64,000 bases of DNA from positions 2,017,361-2,081,360 of the forward strand of contig CM074805.1 of the NCBI GenBank assembly GCA_037447605.1. Reading direction: 5' to 3'. The notes beneath the pieces were generated by a model. It was not told the origin of the DNA and did no database searches. It saw nothing but the letters and a program-made list of their open reading frames with translations. Shown here piece after piece: positions 60,481 to 64,000 of this stretch. Source of the stretch: Zygnema circumcarinatum SAG 698-1b. Taxonomy: Eukaryota > Plantae > Zygnematophyceae. Each line of letters opens with the position of its first letter. Position 1 is the first letter of the stretch. The position numbers and the translations under genes are program-made.

Positions 60481-63400
60481 CTACTCTACACTCTCCGCCT
60501 CAACTGCAGCAGGTCCTGGATTAAGGATGCTCCTCGGGTCAGACGTGCGCCTTTTCCGGTTGGTTGAAGCCGCACCCTTCCTTCGAGAAGCAACCACAGA
60601 CGCCTCCCGGTGGAGTGTGGCCGCAGTTGGGGAGAGGAGGCGGGAGGAGGGCGAGGACACTCCTCGGGGACTGGCCTTTACATTGACAGCGGTCTCAGGG
60701 GCATGGGTAGGGAAACTGCTGGCTGGAAGGGATTTGTGCATGTTTACAGACCTAGAGGCAAGAGGGGCGGAATCACGTGCTCCAGGACTGGGGCTGCGGG
60801 GTGTGGGAATGGACGGCAGGCTCGACCGCAGACGAGGGGAGGGAGAGCGGGCGGACGATCTTGAGAGGGAATCAGCGGAGTCAGAAGCGAGGGCACGAGA
60901 GCGAGCCACGGAGGAGGACCTTCCCGAGTCCAGGGGAGAATAGTTCAGCTCTTTACCGGTGTTGCGTAAAGGCTGATTCCTCGAAGGTGCACCGGAATCA
61001 TCAGAGGTAGGCTTCTGCATCCCCACCTTCGACGCAATCCTCCCAAGCCGTCGTTGCTTGGCTTCCTCTTGCTTTTTCTTCTCTTCCTCCTGCACAAGGA
61101 CATAAACCTTAGGAGACGACGTTAGAGCCAAGCGAGAAAAACCAGGGCAGTTAGATATGCAACAATTCAGCAGTTCAAACCTCCTAGGTAAATTACAGTA
61201 AATAAAAAATAAAGACTATCAGCATATCAACATCCGACTGGATCAAGCCAACAAATGCTACGCATTGAATGTAGGACTGTAAGGGCTAGAGTGAGTTCCC
61301 CATTGACAAGATACAAGAAGAAAAGGATTGGGATTCTGCGTATTTCAGCACCCACTGTCAACCGGATTAACTTTTCGTCTTAGCTAAGTTCTGGTAATTG
61401 TAGAACAAGCGACGCAACTTTTCTCTACGGAAACTGATGATGACTCTGGTAATTCGTGCCCTACAAAATGGCATCCCTGACCTTGCGTTTTGCTGCTTCC
61501 ATTTGACGAATTCTCAGCCTTTCCTGTGCCCGCTGCTGTGCTTCAGCCACGATCGGATCCTCTGGGGCTCTCGTGCCATTCTCCCTCGACTTGTTCAATG
61601 CTCCGAGGGCAGACCCCCATGGCTTTGAAGCTCTGAGCCTGCCCTGCTTGCCTGGTGGGACCTCCACATTTCGAGGTGCTTTACTCTCTTTCTGAGGCTC
61701 ATCCAACACTCCCACATCTTCTATAACTTGCTCCACAGAGGCTTCTTGCACTTCTACCCAGTTCCCATCATTGACGAAGTCATCGCTCGCGATTCTCCAC
61801 CCGCTATCTGTGTCATTTTTAAGAGTACTCCAAGAGCCATCTTTTCCAGAAACATCCGCCCAATCAGGCTCCATCTCTTTTTCAAAGTCACTATGTTCAT
61901 CACCATCTTTTGCTTGTGAATCTGGCCCATTGACCAACTGAAGAGTTGCTGCATTCTTGAATCGCGACTCTGCTTCAAACAACAAATCTTCGGGCTCTCT
62001 GAGGTTATACCTCTTTTCCCTCTCTTCCAACAACTCCAAGTCGTTACTGAAAATAACAATCTCTGGCTCCTGATCATCATTTTCATCGAGGGAAGGCTTG
62101 TATGCTCCTGCGGTGACTCCAACTCCTATAGATGGCCCCCGAAATTCATCTTCAAGCAGGTCTGTTCGAGCCTGCATTCCGGAATGAACCTCCTGGTTGA
62201 TCATATCCATGACGATATTCCTCTCTCCTAAACTGCTCCCAGAATATGCCTTCAGAGTCGCTTCAGGTCCCCGGAGCTCGTCCTCATGTAAAGACGAAGT
62301 TTTAACAGTCATGCCTTGCTCGCTCTCGAAAGCAGAAGCGTCTGCGGCATAACTTGAGGATTTTAACATGCGAGGGAAAAGGTAGTCACCCTGCAAGTTA
62401 GATTCGCCCGTCACTCCGCTTTCAGACTCGGATGACGAATGTTCCGCACCATGATTGGGACCCCTAAAATCATCTTCCTGCATGGCTAGGCGAATCCGCT
62501 GCCTTTTTGGGCTGGTGTCGATCAGCAACAGCGATGGCTCTACCACGGGAAAGACAGAAATAGGTTTCAAAGGGGGGCTAGCATGCTCAGAATTTGTTAG
62601 CGGCCCCCTATACTCATCCTCCCAGAGATACGTTCGATGATTCTGAGAATTAGCTACTCGTCTGTGCTTCGGTTCAGTATAAAACAAGTCAGGCTCCTCA
62701 AAAATAGCGTGATCGTTGCATTCGCCTTCCTTTTCTGAAGCATCTTTTTCCTCGTCGGTAGGCCATGCTTTCTTCACAAACTCACCTAACTTATCCTTAT
62801 AGTGTTCACTGTTTGCATCGTCAAGATCGCTAACTCCTGAAGCACGCCGTCCAGTGGAGACATCTGCAATGGCATTAACTGTGTCATCGCTCTCATCTGG
62901 AATTGCACCCGTAGAAAACTTGCTTTTATCCCAGTCGCGACCCTCTGTCTGGAAAGGACTCTTGGCTCTGCTAATGGTCCTTCTGACAAGTCCGATCGGA
63001 CTCAAGTCCCAAGTCCCGTGTCCTTCCCCACTTCCAGCTTCCTCAGAGTCGTAGTCAGGCTTTGCATGTTGAAGGACAGAAATATCAGTAGCGGTTGCCC
63101 TCTTATTCTTGAAATGAACCGGCTCTCGAGAAGCTTGGTCTTGCATAACCAGTATCTTCTTGATCACAACCACACGCCGTACAGCACCCGCTTTCCGGGT
63201 AGCTGCTCTCCATTTCTGTAGGGGCTTCTTGGAGCTCTTCGGTGGAGAGGGAGTGGTATACTTCTTCTCCGCAAGAACTTTTTTTTCCACAGGTGAAGGG
63301 ACATGACTGACAGGCACTACTGGTTCATATACAGGCGCCTCGTGCTTAGGTTCTGGTAAGAACTCCTCAGGGTCAGTTTGTACTGCCATTGTGAGAGCAG

Positions 63401-64000
63401 GTAGCGAGGAACCTGCATAAAGCCAAACGCAACATAAAAAAACTATCAAACTCAGCAAACATGTATCAGCAGCCTACCAATCTTAGAAAGCAAAAAAATG
63501 CTTCTTTTGAACAGTCAACAACTCTCATAATCTGTATAGCTCTCAGCAGGAAAGAACAGTCAGACAGCAACATGAAGATCGCTTGCTTTGATTAGTCACG
63601 CAAAAGTCATCCATCAATGCACTGCAGTTCAATCACTTAAGATTGGTTGATGCCTTAATACGAATACAAGGCCAAACAAAATCCGTTCAATTCATGGAAA
63701 ACTTCCGCGCATGAAAAACAAGGATTGGCATCTTCTTTCTTGTTAGAGCAAGTTACCCGAGTCACTTCTTGAGTCGCTGAAATATGTGTCCTCGTCACCG
63801 GCGACACTATGTGAACCGACCTGTCCAACGACGCTATCTGCACTATTAGGCAAACGAGCCGGTTCCACGGCTCCATCTTCCTTCCGTCTCAGAAGCGCTG
63901 AAAATTTAGCGGATGCTTCTCTGTAACCCATCCCCAGTTCCCCATTCAATGAATAACTGAATCGAAGTCTCTCCCTCGTTTCACTATGACCAAGTAGCAA
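60481..64000 (-). CDS. Unknown, largely disordered protein (exons ~63760-63940, ~63413-61480, ~61100-60481); 5' end probably outside the window
   Basis: 665-codon acidic ORF, a coiled-coil-like junction (QRAQERLRIRQMEAAKRK|EEEKKKQEEAKQRR) and a Ser/Pro/Arg-rich last exon. No recognisable domain. Confidence 0.7.

Noticed and set aside
1-64000. rRNA, tRNA or CRISPR loci
   Set aside because: None recognisable by eye; tRNAscan and Infernal were not run.

Overview
Eukaryotic draft-assembly DNA with GT-AG introns, ten N-gaps and many GA/G-rich microsatellites. The gene content (MASE1 hybrid histidine kinase, plant-type BRCT-RING, plant-type TrmL exons) suggests a streptophyte alga or early-diverging plant; this is an inference. 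About half the window is nested transposons: two Ty3/Gypsy families (A, a chromovirus; B, non-chromo), a Ty1/Copia fragment, three Mutator-like TIR elements, hAT-like ends and a 730-bp foldback. Host genes: an intron-containing WbsX/GH99-like gene (13.8-17.2 kb, +), a BRCT+RING gene (~18.3-23.5 kb, -), 5' exons of a TrmL/SpoU methyltransferase (44.7-45.4 kb, +), a 12-exon MASE1-HisKA-HATPase-REC kinase (49.5-57.1 kb, +) and an unknown disordered protein (60.5-64 kb, -). Region 26.5-43.5 kb is full of indels and partly duplicated, and may be low-quality gap-fill. Best leads: (1) a degenerate adenine-methyltransferase-like domain before the protease in chromovirus A, behind a candidate -1 frameshift signal; (2) the bacterial-type WbsX gene with introns; (3) both Gypsy-B copies sitting in the same hAT-MITE family; (4) TrmL exons between hAT TIRs; (5) a four-times repeated EDx[FYL]RGP motif in the orphan protein. 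All homology calls are by eye; no searches were run.
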